A DNA stretch of 64,000 nucleotides from contig CAZIUG010000008.1 of the NCBI GenBank assembly GCA_964542645.1, forward strand, positions 145,848 to 209,847. The letters run 5' to 3'. The position numbers and the translations under genes were made by a program. Of this stretch, positions 42,932-52,782 are shown piece after piece; the first letter of the stretch is position 1, and the number at the start of each line of letters is the position of its first letter. The stretch is from an uncultured Opitutales bacterium. Its GTDB lineage: Bacteria; Verrucomicrobiota; Verrucomicrobiia; Opitutales; UBA2987. The notes under the pieces were generated by a model that was given only the letters and a program-made list of their open reading frames with translations, was not told the DNA's origin and searched no databases.

Positions 42932-43360
42932 CTAAAGATCGACCACATCGATTCCCATGCTACGTGCGGTCCCAGCAATCACTCGAATAGCCGCTTCTTC
43001 ATCCTTCGAGTTGAGGTCATCTTTCTTGATAGCAGCAATCTCCAGACATTGTGCTCGAGTCACACTACCTACTTTTTCTCTATGACACACCCCTGAACCC
43101 TTGGCTATTTCAGCTGCCTTCTTCAAGAGAACAGCAGCTGGGGGAGACTTCAAAATAAAGGTGAATGAGCGATCCTGGTAGACCGAGATCACGACCGGAA
43201 GAATTGTTCCTGTCTGATCCTTGGTCCTGGCGTTAAACTCCTTACAGAATCCCATTATATTGACCCCGTGTGCGCCCAAAGCGGGACCCACCGGCGGCGC
43301 TGGATTGGCAGCCCCTGCCGGAAGTTGCAACCGTATTTCTGATACTTCTTTCTTCGACAT
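42932..43360 (-). CDS. rplK: 50S ribosomal protein L11
   Basis: [35 protein letters not shown]. The ATG shares one base with the nusG stop (TGATG). Confidence 0.95.
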   Translation of the reverse strand: MSKKEVSEIRLQLPAGAANPAPPVGPALGAHGVNIMGFCKEFNARTKDQTGTILPVVISVYQDRSFTFILKSPPAAVLLKKAAEIAKGSGVCHREKVGSVTRAQCLEIAAIKKDDLNSKDEEAAIRVIAGTARSMGIDVVDL

Positions 43361-43938
43361 CAGCTTTCTTCCATCCTCTCAACTTGCCAAAACTCCAACT
43401 CAACTGGTGTAAACCGGCCAAATATTGATACTGAGACTTTGAGTTTTCCCCGCTCCGGATCGATCTCATCAATACGGCCAGTCAGATTAAAAAAGGGCCC
43501 ATCTGTAATCTTCACTTCCTCACCCTCGCTAAACTCTACCTTGGGGATTTCCTTACCTTCCGTCTCTGCGACCTGGGCTAAGATGCTTTCAATCTCTTTC
43601 TTCTTCAAGGGAGTCGGACTATTCCCACCCAGAAAACCTATTACCCCATCCACGTCCCGTACAAAATACCACGGCTTCTGTAATATCTCTCCATCTTCAT
43701 CATAAAGTTGCATATGTACGAATATATACCCTGGGTAAAATTTACGTACCTTTTGATATTTACGACCGTTCTTAACCTCAGTCACGGTCTCAGTCGGCAC
43801 CAGCACATTGTCAATGAACTGATCCATCTCCTCAGTTTCTAGATATCGATCAAGGTAACGTTTCACCGATGCCTCCTTGTTCGAAAGCGTCTGTACCGCA
43901 AACCACTGCCGGCTTAAATCTCCCGTTTCTATCGACAT
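43360..43938 (-). CDS. nusG: Transcription termination/antitermination factor NusG
   Basis: 192 aa. NGN domain [18 protein letters not shown] and KOW domain [22 protein letters not shown]. Confidence 0.94.
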   Translation of the reverse strand: MSIETGDLSRQWFAVQTLSNKEASVKRYLDRYLETEEMDQFIDNVLVPTETVTEVKNGRKYQKVRKFYPGYIFVHMQLYDEDGEILQKPWYFVRDVDGVIGFLGGNSPTPLKKKEIESILAQVAETEGKEIPKVEFSEGEEVKITDGPFFNLTGRIDEIDPERGKLKVSVSIFGRFTPVELEFWQVERMEES

Positions 43939-44008
43939 CCTCTAAATCTTTCTGCCTCTCAGTTTTTCTGAGTCCCCATTCCCATGTAATTTACAATCGA
44001 CCCTCTTA

Positions 44009-44248
44009 TCAGCCGTCTCCTACTACTACCTCTACCGCCTCAGCTCGTACGAGCTCGGTCAGTAGCGTCACTACATTGTAGACCGACCAATCCGAAAGGG
44101 TTATAAATCCACCCAAAAGGATCATTGCGATTATTACTACAACTGTTGAATCGCGCAACTCCAAGCGAGTAGGCCAGGATGCCTTCTTTAACTCCTGGAG
44201 CATTTCCTGGAAGAAAACGCGAACTCTGGTAAATGGATTCCTCATCAT
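44009..44248 (-). CDS. secE: Preprotein translocase subunit SecE
   Basis: 79 aa. FFQEMLQELKKASWPTRLELRDSTVVVIIAMILLGGFI (single TM). Sits between tRNA-Trp and nusG. Confidence 0.88.
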   Translation of the reverse strand: MMRNPFTRVRVFFQEMLQELKKASWPTRLELRDSTVVVIIAMILLGGFITLSDWSVYNVVTLLTELVRAEAVEVVVGDG

Positions 44249-44270
44249 TGGGTTCCAGCTTGTTTGGCAG

Positions 44271-44346
44271 TGGCAGGGCAGGAGGGGCTCGAACCCCCAA
44301 CCTGCGGTTTTGGAGACCGCCGCTCTTCCAATTGAGCTACTGCCCT
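44271..44346 (-). tRNA. tRNA-Trp (anticodon CCA)
   Basis: Reverse complement reads AGGGCAGTAGCTCAATTGGAAGAGCGGCGGTCTCCAAAACCGCAGGTTGGGGGTTCGAGCCCCTCCTGCCCTGCCA. Acceptor AGGGCAG/CTGCCCT, anticodon loop CTCCAAA, T-loop TTCGAGC, encoded CCA. Confidence 0.93.
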
Positions 44347-44455
44347 TGGTCGAGATTTCTTTTGTTTACTCAGCTTCCCAATTTTTAAAATATATCTGAT
44401 GCCGCCTCTTCGCAAGCCTCAGGTTTGATCAAAAGTCCTCCTCTACTGTGGAAAG

Positions 44456-45646
44456 CTACTCTATGATTTCAGTAACTCGCCCCGCTCCAATTGTGCGGCC
44501 ACCCTCACGAATGGCGAAGCGTTGCCCTGGTTCCATCGCGATCGGCTTCCCTAGCGAGATCGTAACGCCGAGATTATCACCTGGCATTACCATCTCTACT
44601 CCTTCCGGGAGTTCACAGACTCCAGTAACATCTGTTGTTCTAAAATAGAACTGAGGTCGATAGCCGTCGAAAAACGGTGTGTGGCGCCCTCCTTCATCTT
44701 TATTCAACACGTAAACCTCAGCCTTCGCTTTAACGTGAGGAGTAATAGTCCCCGGATGGGCCAAAACATGTCCCCGCTCCACTTGATCCTTCTCAACGCC
44801 ACGCATCAGGACCCCAATATTGTCTCCTGCACGCCCCTCATCTAGGATTTTTCGAAACATTTCGACTCCGGTACAAACCGTGCTCTGAGTATCAGCCAAC
44901 CCCACAATCTCAACCGTCTCTCCTACCTTCACAATCCCTCGTTCCACGCGACCAGTTGCCACAGTTCCACGCCCGGTAATGGAGAATACGTCCTCAACCG
45001 ACATCAGAAAGGCCTTATCCACATCCCGCTCCGGCTCTGGAATCTCTTTATCAATTGCTGCCAACAGCTCCTCCACCGATTGAACTCCCTCCGGCTTTCC
45101 TTCCATAGCGGCCAACGAGGACCCTTTCACTACCTGGATATTGTCTCCGTCAAACTCGTACTTCGAAAGCAATTCCCGAACCTCCATTTCGACAAGTTCC
45201 AGCAACTCTTCATCATCCAACAAATCGGTTTTGTTCAGAAAAACAACCATGCTGGGAACCCCTACCTGACGGGCCAGAAGTATATGCTCGCGAGTTTGAG
45301 GCATTGGACCATCTGCCGCACTCACTACCAGTATTGCTCCGTCCATTTGGGCCGCCCCAGTGATCATGTTTTTTACAAAATCTGCGTGCCCCGGACAGTC
45401 TACATGGGCATAGTGCCGGTTATCCGATTCATATTCCACATGCGCTACCGCAATCGTAACAATCTTTGAATCGTCTCGGACCGTTCCCCCTTTCGCAATT
45501 TCCGCATATGTTTTCTCTTCCGCCAAACCTTTTTCACTCTGAACCTTTAATAATGCCGATGTGAGTGTTGTCTTCCCATGATCAACATGACCGATGGTAC
45601 CGACGTTGACGTGTGGTTTTGTCCTCTGGAATGTTTCTTTAGCCAT
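44456..45646 (-). CDS. tuf: Elongation factor Tu
   Basis: ATG at 45646 ([28 protein letters not shown]). DCPGHADF and NKTD motifs, 396 aa. The track ORF to 45793 runs into tRNA-Thr and is rejected. Confidence 0.96.
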   Translation of the reverse strand: MAKETFQRTKPHVNVGTIGHVDHGKTTLTSALLKVQSEKGLAEEKTYAEIAKGGTVRDDSKIVTIAVAHVEYESDNRHYAHVDCPGHADFVKNMITGAAQMDGAILVVSAADGPMPQTREHILLARQVGVPSMVVFLNKTDLLDDEELLELVEMEVRELLSKYEFDGDNIQVVKGSSLAAMEGKPEGVQSVEELLAAIDKEIPEPERDVDKAFLMSVEDVFSITGRGTVATGRVERGIVKVGETVEIVGLADTQSTVCTGVEMFRKILDEGRAGDNIGVLMRGVEKDQVERGHVLAHPGTITPHVKAKAEVYVLNKDEGGRHTPFFDGYRPQFYFRTTDVTGVCELPEGVEMVMPGDNLGVTISLGKPIAMEPGQRFAIREGGRTIGAGRVTEIIE

Positions 45647-45748
45647 TAATCTTGATCTGTTGATAGTTGATTCGAATCCTCCCCCGAAGCACTGCGTATG
45701 AAATAGTCCTGAAAATGTAGCAATAGAAAAACTGTCAAGGATGGACCC

Positions 45749-45824
<76 letters not shown>

Positions 45825-46052
45825 CCGTTGAAATGAATTCTTGCCGACGGAGTAACCAGGAAGGACAAATTGAAACCCAGGAATCTGATTGTAACGGAAT
45901 TATCCGTCAATACTTATTTATCCCTAATCTGATTCCCCATTCACTAGCAATCAACCGCCGGCTCTGGTTTCAAATCCTTACTCCCCAGCAAAAGACAAGA
46001 GAAGGGTTAGCGGCAAAATAAGATCATTTAATTAATCCCAATGTAAAACTCT

Positions 46053-46796
46053 TCACGGCCCCATGAGCACCTTATAATACCCCGGCCTTAATCCCCAATT
46101 CCGGGCCGCTTCCAAGAGGTAACCCTCAATCGCCTCATCAATCCTATAGCTCCCTGAGGAATTGACAAGAAATGGTTCCCCAATCGGCCCGATTCTGTCG
46201 ACAAGAATTCGTAGAGCAACAGGACTCCAAAGAATCCCTTCTCCCGCCTGTCTAATTTGGATAGGTAAAGGCTCAACTAGAATTGGCGTCGACCTTCCGT
46301 ACGGGATAATCTCGATCCAACTTCCACGTTTAATCTCAACATTTTTCGATCTGGGGAACGAACCGAGATAATGAAATATGTCCCAAAACTCACTTCTTAA
46401 AATCCCTCGATGATCGCCAAATTCAGATTTTTCGAACCAACTGAATGCCTCCCAATTCGGCCTGGACAGGGTGATTTTAGCAGGAAAAGAATCAAAGAGT
46501 GTAGTTTCCTCTTCCTGCATCCGAATCTCTTTCAGAGAAAAGGAATGATTACGAGGGGTGGGAAGGAATAAGGGTGCGGTATCAAAAAGGCTCGCCTGCT
46601 CTTTGAAGAGGGCCGAATGTTCCCCTTCCCGACGGTCAGGATACTGCACAAACGCCTCACGAATCTTTTCCTTCTCAATCGATCTTGATTCAAAACTCAA
46701 AGCGACAAATACGGCCAAATGAACCACGAGTCCAACTACAATCGCCACCAAAACCAATCGAGCCTTTCTAAGATTCTGGCGAGAACTACGCTTCAT
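46053..46796 (-). CDS. Membrane-anchored protein with a TonB-C-terminal-like domain, lacking a proline-rich spacer
   Basis: ATG at 46796 (MKRSSRQNLRKARLVLVAIVVGLVVHLAVFVALSF); an upstream TTG at 46814 is possible. The C-terminus GEGILWSPVALRILVDRIGPIGEPFLVNSSGSYRIDEAIEGYLLEAARNWGLRPG follows the TonB_C pattern. Directly downstream of ExbB/ExbD-type genes. Confidence 0.6.
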   Translation of the reverse strand: MKRSSRQNLRKARLVLVAIVVGLVVHLAVFVALSFESRSIEKEKIREAFVQYPDRREGEHSALFKEQASLFDTAPLFLPTPRNHSFSLKEIRMQEEETTLFDSFPAKITLSRPNWEAFSWFEKSEFGDHRGILRSEFWDIFHYLGSFPRSKNVEIKRGSWIEIIPYGRSTPILVEPLPIQIRQAGEGILWSPVALRILVDRIGPIGEPFLVNSSGSYRIDEAIEGYLLEAARNWGLRPGYYKVLMGP

Positions 46797-46816
46797 AGGG
46801 ATCTTAGTATTCAAGG

Positions 46817-47272
46817 CTAATTCGTCGACAAAAACTCTGCTGTGGATACTTTTTCCTCCGCTGCAATCTGAACTCGGGAAAAGCCGGAGCGACGAGCAAG
46901 ATCCAGAATCTCGAGAAGGATCCGAACCTCTACACTTTGATCTGATTTAACAAGCAGGATCGTTTTATCGAATTTCTTTTTCGTCATGTATTCCCCTAAC
47001 TTTTGCTCCAACCCACCTATCCTTACCCGGTCTCCTTCAAATAAAATCATTTCATTTTCACGAATTGTCAGAACAGCCGCCGTCGGCAAAACCGTTAACA
47101 CTTCCGAGTCAACTTTCGGCAATTCCACATCGAGCCCTGGAGCAAAAACAAATCGTGATCCAAGAATAACCGAAAAGAGTCCAATCAGGATAAGATCGAT
47201 GAACGGGACAAAATCAAACCGCTGATCGATCTCGGACAGATGCCTTCGAAGATCCAACGGACTCGTAATCAT
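46817..47272 (-). CDS. ExbD/TolR-family biopolymer transport protein
   Basis: 151 aa with a single TM carrying the conserved Asp (FVPFIDLILIGLFSVIL). Its start overlaps the upstream gene stop by 4 nt. Confidence 0.85.
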   Translation of the reverse strand: MITSPLDLRRHLSEIDQRFDFVPFIDLILIGLFSVILGSRFVFAPGLDVELPKVDSEVLTVLPTAAVLTIRENEMILFEGDRVRIGGLEQKLGEYMTKKKFDKTILLVKSDQSVEVRILLEILDLARRSGFSRVQIAAEEKVSTAEFLSTN

Positions 47273-47910
47273 GTCTCCTCCTCCTCAGGGAGATCGCGAA
47301 GGAGAAATTGCATAATATCATTCCCCGCCCATTCCATATCATGTACCAAAGCCCGCACTCGCCCCGACAAAAAATGATGAGCCAGATGGGCCACAATCGC
47401 TATTGTCAAAGCTGCCGCGGTCGTGATTAGGGCTTCGCTAAACCCGTTTGCCAACACCGCTACGTCAGCATAGACTGTCCCCTCGCCGAGATAATCAGAA
47501 AAAGACTCGAACATTCCTAAAACAGTCCCGAGTAATCCCATCAATGGACAGATACGGGCAATTGCGGCAATTGAACCAATTCTCCTCTCCATGAGAGGTA
47601 TCTGAACAATTGCAGCAGCTTGTACTGCCGAAAGCATCTTCCCTTCCTCCTCATCGTACTGCAGGAGCGCAGCTTTAATCACATTCGACACCGGGGCAGA
47701 AGTTTCCTCACATAATGTCAAAGCCTCCAACAACCGCCTCTTCCTAAGAAGATTCTTTATCCCATCAATGAACTCACCGGTTCGTATCTGACCTCGATGC
47801 AGGTGGAGTGTTCTCTCAATAAAAAGAACGAACCCAATCAGGCTAAGCAAGAGGATCGGCCACATCAGCAACCCTCCTTCCTCAATCATTGATAGGTCGA
47901 GATATTTCAC
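47269..47910 (-). CDS. MotA/TolQ/ExbB-family proton channel
   Basis: 213 aa. ICPLMGLLGTVLGMFESF and NGFSEALITTAAALTIAIVAH motifs. GTG at 47910 or ATG at 47889 may be the start. Confidence 0.88.
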   Translation of the reverse strand: MKYLDLSMIEEGGLLMWPILLLSLIGFVLFIERTLHLHRGQIRTGEFIDGIKNLLRKRRLLEALTLCEETSAPVSNVIKAALLQYDEEEGKMLSAVQAAAIVQIPLMERRIGSIAAIARICPLMGLLGTVLGMFESFSDYLGEGTVYADVAVLANGFSEALITTAAALTIAIVAHLAHHFLSGRVRALVHDMEWAGNDIMQFLLRDLPEEEET

Positions 47911-48010
47911 GAACCTTTCCTAATACTCCCCCTTTTCTGATTCTGACTCAAGCGCAAATCGTTCTTAACAGAACAAACTTTACTTACTTCTTCCACTTAT
48001 TGCACCGCAA

Positions 48011-50719
48011 CTACCTATTTGACTCTGTAAATCTACTTATTCTCGCTTTCACTAAAGCCTTTCCTGGTAAATCATAGATATTTACGTAGGAATAAACCTG
48101 CTGCGCCTCCTCAAAACGGAATTCTTCCTCGAGAAGTTCACCCAACTTAAATATTAATCGCGCCTGCCAATACCTACCCCGAGCTCTAGTTTCACCCTCT
48201 CCAGGATGAACATTCAATGAGCGATCGAGAACCAACCAGAATATTTCCTGGGCCCGTGGCTGATGATCCATTTTTGTGAGAGCAAATCCCCACTTGAAAC
48301 CCGCTTCCAATCTCAAATCCAGAGGTATGGCAGGCAGATCAAACAGACGCTCCAGGATAGCCACCGCATTGTCCAATCGAACTGGATTCATCCCCGCCTG
48401 GGCCAGATGAGAGTCCGCCAGGCTAATTTCCGCTCGGTAGCGTTCAGGATGATCAGGGAATTGATTGATCAAATTTTCGTAAACACTCTGAGCGGTAGCG
48501 AAATCATCTAATTCCCGTGAGAGGTCACCCTGCCGCAATCGTGCGTAGTAAACCAAATCATGGTCAGGATAGCGTTCTACAAGGTCCCTAAGAATTCTCC
48601 CCGATTCCTCCTTTTGATCTCGCTGATTAGCAATCTCGGCCGCTTCCCAAAGAGCAATTCCTGCATACTCGCTCTCGGGAAATTCGTCCGCTAATATGAT
48701 AAATCTCTGTTGTGCTTTTGCCAAATGCTTCATCGCCGAGTAATGTCTTGCTTCAAAGGCGTAGGAGAGAATGCTCGGCCGGCTTTTCGGATAAATACTC
48801 CGAAGTTCGTCGAAAATCCTCAGACCCTCCTCCTCGCTTTCAAGCGCGAAAAACGCGCGTCCATGGAGCAGCAGCGAATGGCTGATAATCTGCTCACGCT
48901 GTTCCTTTCCGATTTCGGTGTCAGGAACTCGAGCTAAGGCCGTTAGAATCTGTGCTACCATCGTGGGGGTCTTCTCAGGTTGGTTTGCCTCTAATGACAA
49001 TTGCGCCTCCAACCACATTAGTCTAACCTGTAACTCCGGTGGAATATCGATATTTACCTTCCCTCCGAGTAGTTGCTGAATCCGTTCGAAGGCAACCCCG
49101 ACTCCTCCAGTTGCTTTCATTTTACTGATTAGGTTCCACTCCGCCCTCCATCGCTCGACGGGACTGATCCCATCCCTTATCCCAGCAGAATCCAAATATG
49201 AAGCAGCTTCTTCAAGCCGTCCCGCCTCAATCTCCGCTATCACTCTCTGAAAAAAAAGGACTCCTCGAGCCTCGTCGTCTCGCGCCTGCCCCAAAGTTGT
49301 CTCATAAATCTCTACGGCCCGTTCGTAGTCGCCATTTAAGAAATAGCAATCCGCCACCAATACAGAGATTTCTGACCTCTCCTTCGTATCCCGTGAACGC
49401 CCACGTAGTTGATTGAGAAAATAGGCAGCATTCCGATATTGAGGAGGATCTCGCAACCAAGCCAAATAAGCCAACAGGTAGATCGCTCGATTAGCAAAAG
49501 AGGACCCCGGATATTCAGCTAGTATCCGCTTGGCGTCAGCTTCAGACGCGATTAAATGACCTTCCTGAAGTCTGAGAAAGGCCCTGAAATAGTATAATTC
49601 GTCAAGCAACGAATGTGCCTTAGGTCTCTCTATTAACTCACTCAAGAGTTTTTCAATTTGCCTTTGTTGCCCGATTGAAAGCGCAACTTGGCCAAGAATT
49701 CTGAGTGCTATTTTCTGTGCTTTCCGATCACCATCCTTGCCCAAAAGTCGAGAGAATGCCTCCTTCCCTCTAGCTGTTTCTTCGCCCGCGATTAGTCCCA
49801 ATAGCAATAAAAGCTCATCCTCTAGCTCGCTCTCTTTCACTGCTTCGATTCGAAGCTGCTCTTCAATAACCCTAATGGCTTCCTCTGTTTCTCCTAACTC
49901 ATGCAAGACAACAGCCAGAATCTTGGCATTCTGGAAACCTTGAAAACTTCCTCTTGCAGATCTTAGTTTCTCCCGTAGGTCAGTCACCAGGTTGGGATGC
50001 AATTGCCCCGGCCGAAGAAAGAGAAGACGGCTGCGGTAAATGATGGCATCAAAGTGGGCTTGCTGTGATTCCGAATTACTCTCATCTCTTGCCATTTGGT
50101 ACTGCCTTTCAGCCCGAATTGGATCCTGTCGCGATTCTTCGACCAACCCGGCAAGGAGATGAAACCAAGCACGGTCACTTGATCTCAACTGATTGACTTC
50201 CACCCCGTTAAGAATCTCATTCGTCGCGTCAAAGTCACCAGTCTGATAGGAGAGTAGAGCTCGCCGCATCATGAAGCCTGGATCTGGGGAATCCGCGTAT
50301 TCATCAACAATGGAAACCGCCTTTTCAAATTCTCCCTCACTGATCAAAGCAGAACTGAAATTCAGAGCGATCCGTTCCCGTTCTTCTGCTCCTACCTCGT
50401 CGGATCCCAACACCTCTTCGTAGAGTCGGCCAGCGATCGCCGAAAGTCCCGATTTCAGTGCCTCATCCGCCGCTTTAATCTGCCAAGCAACCGGCCCACG
50501 GATCCCGCTTTCGAACGACTTGTTCCCCGGAACCAATGGAGCCTCTCTGTGAAAAACAAAACTCCCCCGTTCTCCTCGAGAATTTATCAGACTAGACCGA
50601 TCAATCGGGCCTCCGATTTCTCCCAGAACCTGATTCGTTGGAGAAAGGACTAAAAGCAACAACACACGCACATAAGCTCGGGTCCATCCCTGAATCGATA
50701 TGACAACGGGTCTACACAT
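48011..50719 (-). CDS. Large (~900 aa) exported tetratricopeptide-repeat (TPR) protein
   Basis: ATG at 50719 gives MCRPVVISIQGWTRAYVRVLLLLVLSPTNQVLG (signal-like); the track ORF starts at a TTG at 50755. The rest is helical-repeat sequence rich in A/L/Y/E, e.g. YYARLRQGDLSRELDDFATAQSVYENLINQFPDHPERYRAEISLADSHL. Confidence 0.8.
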   Translation of the reverse strand: MCRPVVISIQGWTRAYVRVLLLLVLSPTNQVLGEIGGPIDRSSLINSRGERGSFVFHREAPLVPGNKSFESGIRGPVAWQIKAADEALKSGLSAIAGRLYEEVLGSDEVGAEERERIALNFSSALISEGEFEKAVSIVDEYADSPDPGFMMRRALLSYQTGDFDATNEILNGVEVNQLRSSDRAWFHLLAGLVEESRQDPIRAERQYQMARDESNSESQQAHFDAIIYRSRLLFLRPGQLHPNLVTDLREKLRSARGSFQGFQNAKILAVVLHELGETEEAIRVIEEQLRIEAVKESELEDELLLLLGLIAGEETARGKEAFSRLLGKDGDRKAQKIALRILGQVALSIGQQRQIEKLLSELIERPKAHSLLDELYYFRAFLRLQEGHLIASEADAKRILAEYPGSSFANRAIYLLAYLAWLRDPPQYRNAAYFLNQLRGRSRDTKERSEISVLVADCYFLNGDYERAVEIYETTLGQARDDEARGVLFFQRVIAEIEAGRLEEAASYLDSAGIRDGISPVERWRAEWNLISKMKATGGVGVAFERIQQLLGGKVNIDIPPELQVRLMWLEAQLSLEANQPEKTPTMVAQILTALARVPDTEIGKEQREQIISHSLLLHGRAFFALESEEEGLRIFDELRSIYPKSRPSILSYAFEARHYSAMKHLAKAQQRFIILADEFPESEYAGIALWEAAEIANQRDQKEESGRILRDLVERYPDHDLVYYARLRQGDLSRELDDFATAQSVYENLINQFPDHPERYRAEISLADSHLAQAGMNPVRLDNAVAILERLFDLPAIPLDLRLEAGFKWGFALTKMDHQPRAQEIFWLVLDRSLNVHPGEGETRARGRYWQARLIFKLGELLEEEFRFEEAQQVYSYVNIYDLPGKALVKARISRFTESNR

Positions 50720-50814
50720 CTCCCCGATACGGACTTCAAATACCGGTAAAATCAATTCTCATCTTATTTGATCACACTCTACCGCCGTAAAGTAAATTCT
50801 CAATCTGAAAGGAG

Positions 50815-52782
50815 CTAATCCTGCTCCCGATCTGACATATTCTCGACATTTTCCCCTATCAACCTCTCCAAGATCCGATCGACATCATAGACACATCCCT
50901 GCCAGCTACCCCCACTCACATTCTGTAGTGCCGCCCATAGACGTGTGTCGTCGGGTAACCTGGGATGTTGCCGAACAATCGGATTTAGAGAACGTTCCTT
51001 GAGGAGCTTGTCTGCATCCTTTTCCAGCAAATCAATCCTACCTTCTAACTTCCCACAATCGACCAAAATCCGAATGCGGTCACCATCCCGCACCTTACCA
51101 ATCGGACCTCCACTCAACGCCTCCGGGCTAATATGTCCAATGCATGCTCCGGTTGAAACGCCGGAAAAACGCCCATCCGTCAAAAGGGAAACTCCCTTAC
51201 CAGCCTTTGAGTAGCGCAGAGCCGAAGTGACCTGATAGGTCTCAGGCATCCCGCTTCCCAGCGGCCCAATCCCCAAAAGAACCATAATATCCCCTTTCTT
51301 TATACCACCATTTCCTTCATTTTTGATAGCTTCGATAGCGTCATCCTCTGAACAAAAAACCCGGGCCGGTCCATCATGCAAAAAAATTCCCTCTCCAGAA
51401 ATAAGCGTGGGATCTATAGCCGTGCTTTTAATCACAGATCCTTCCGGAGCAAGATTACCCGTCGGAAAAGTAACGGTGCTTGTAAGCCCCCTACTCTTGG
51501 CCTTAGCTGGGTTCATTATAACGTCGGCGGGGTCGATCCCGTCAAGCAGGAGAAGTTTATCTTTTAAGATACGGCGCCTCTCCGATCCTTCCCACCATGC
51601 TAGGTTTTCTCCCAGTGACTTACCTGTGACCGTCCGCGCAGAAAGATCGAGGAGATTAAGATCTCTCAGATGCAACATCACTTCAGGAACACCTCCAGCC
51701 AGAAAAACCTGTACCGTAGCAAAGCCAACTGGTCCGTTTGGTAGAGCATCGACAATCCTAGGCACCTTCTTATTCACTTCCTGCCAGTCAGACACGGATG
51801 GACGGCTTAAGCCTGCTTCGAAAGCGATCGCCGGCAAATGTAGAATCAGATTGGTCGATCCACCAAAAGCGGCGTGGACCACCATTGCATTCTGAATCGA
51901 TGTCTCATTTAAAATATCGCTCCCAGTAACTCCCTGCTCCTCAAGTTCCATCAAAGCCAGCGCCGATCGCGTCGCCAGATCTTTCCAAATCGGAGCTCCC
52001 GAAGGAGAAAGAGCAGAATGTGTGAGACTAATTCCAAGAGCTTCTGCCACTATCTGGCTGGAAGCCGCAGTTCCAAGAAATTGACATCCTCCCCCTGGAG
52101 AACCACACGCTTTACAGCCAACCGATGCCGCGTGATCCAGAGAAATTTCGCCATGAGCGAAACGTACTCCAATTGTCTGAACCTTTGCCGTGTTTTCGCC
52201 CTCTTCGCTAAGTAAGGTAACTCCCCCTGGAATCAAAATTAAAGGGAGATCCCGCATCTTTGCCAACGCCATCATCATCGCCGGCAATCCTTTGTCGCAA
52301 GTCGCTACTCCGAGCACTCCTCGTCGCGTTGGCAACGAACGAATAAGACGCCTCAATACAACCGCTGCGTCGTTTCTATACGGGAGACTATCCAGCATAC
52401 CATCAGTTCCATTCGTCCGTCCATCGCAAGGATCGCTACAAAACCCTGCAAAGGGGATCCCTCCCCTTTCCGAGATCACTCGCGCCGCCTCCTCCATTAA
52501 TAGTCCTATTTCGTAGTGACCCGTATGATACCCCAACGCAACCGGACTCCCATCCGGCTGCCGTATCCCTCCCTGAGTACTAAGGATAACAAACTCCTTT
52601 CCTCCCAACTTCGCCGGATCCCATCCCATCCCCGCATTCTGTGTCCATCCGAATATAGTCCCGCTCGGCTTATTCCTTAAAAAGTCCGAGCCCAACGGCA
52701 ATTTGCCTTCCGGCCCCTTTGTCGTCGTCCTCAAAGTGTATATCTCTTTCTCTCCCGAGTCAAAAATAAGATTATTAGACAT
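50815..52782 (-). CDS. IlvD/Edd-family dehydratase, closest in length and N-terminal layout to the YjhG/YagF D-xylonate dehydratase subfamily
   Basis: 655 aa. SDPCDGRTNGTDGM and VATCDKGLPAMMMALA motifs. The N-terminus (IYTLRTTTKGPEGKLPL...PSGTIFGWTQNAGMGW) recalls E. coli YjhG from memory. Confidence 0.7.
   Translation of the reverse strand: MSNNLIFDSGEKEIYTLRTTTKGPEGKLPLGSDFLRNKPSGTIFGWTQNAGMGWDPAKLGGKEFVILSTQGGIRQPDGSPVALGYHTGHYEIGLLMEEAARVISERGGIPFAGFCSDPCDGRTNGTDGMLDSLPYRNDAAVVLRRLIRSLPTRRGVLGVATCDKGLPAMMMALAKMRDLPLILIPGGVTLLSEEGENTAKVQTIGVRFAHGEISLDHAASVGCKACGSPGGGCQFLGTAASSQIVAEALGISLTHSALSPSGAPIWKDLATRSALALMELEEQGVTGSDILNETSIQNAMVVHAAFGGSTNLILHLPAIAFEAGLSRPSVSDWQEVNKKVPRIVDALPNGPVGFATVQVFLAGGVPEVMLHLRDLNLLDLSARTVTGKSLGENLAWWEGSERRRILKDKLLLLDGIDPADVIMNPAKAKSRGLTSTVTFPTGNLAPEGSVIKSTAIDPTLISGEGIFLHDGPARVFCSEDDAIEAIKNEGNGGIKKGDIMVLLGIGPLGSGMPETYQVTSALRYSKAGKGVSLLTDGRFSGVSTGACIGHISPEALSGGPIGKVRDGDRIRILVDCGKLEGRIDLLEKDADKLLKERSLNPIVRQHPRLPDDTRLWAALQNVSGGSWQGCVYDVDRILERLIGENVENMSDREQD

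Noticed and set aside
44040-44300. An 86-aa minus-strand ORF overlapping secE and tRNA-Trp.
   Set aside because: It overlaps a tRNA gene and is out of frame with the well-supported secE ORF.
45888-45910. TTGACG and TACAAT hexamers upstream of tRNA-Thr on the minus strand, considered as a promoter.
   Set aside because: The spacer is only 11 nt, incompatible with a sigma70-type -35/-10 pair.
45966-45977. GGTTTCAAATCC, which looks like a tRNA T-arm fragment, upstream of tRNA-Thr.
   Set aside because: The flanks do not form a T-stem, acceptor stem or anticodon arm on either strand.
51323-51895. Long antisense ORFs inside conserved genes: 51323..51895 (190 aa), 15070..15618 (182 aa), 21678..22163 (161 aa), 27795..28196, 10687..11034, 32828..33193, and many of 60-110 aa opposite rpoB, rpoC and fusA.
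   Set aside because: All lie fully antisense to strongly recognisable genes. They have S/R/P/L-rich low-information composition and no motifs, which is typical of shadow ORFs.
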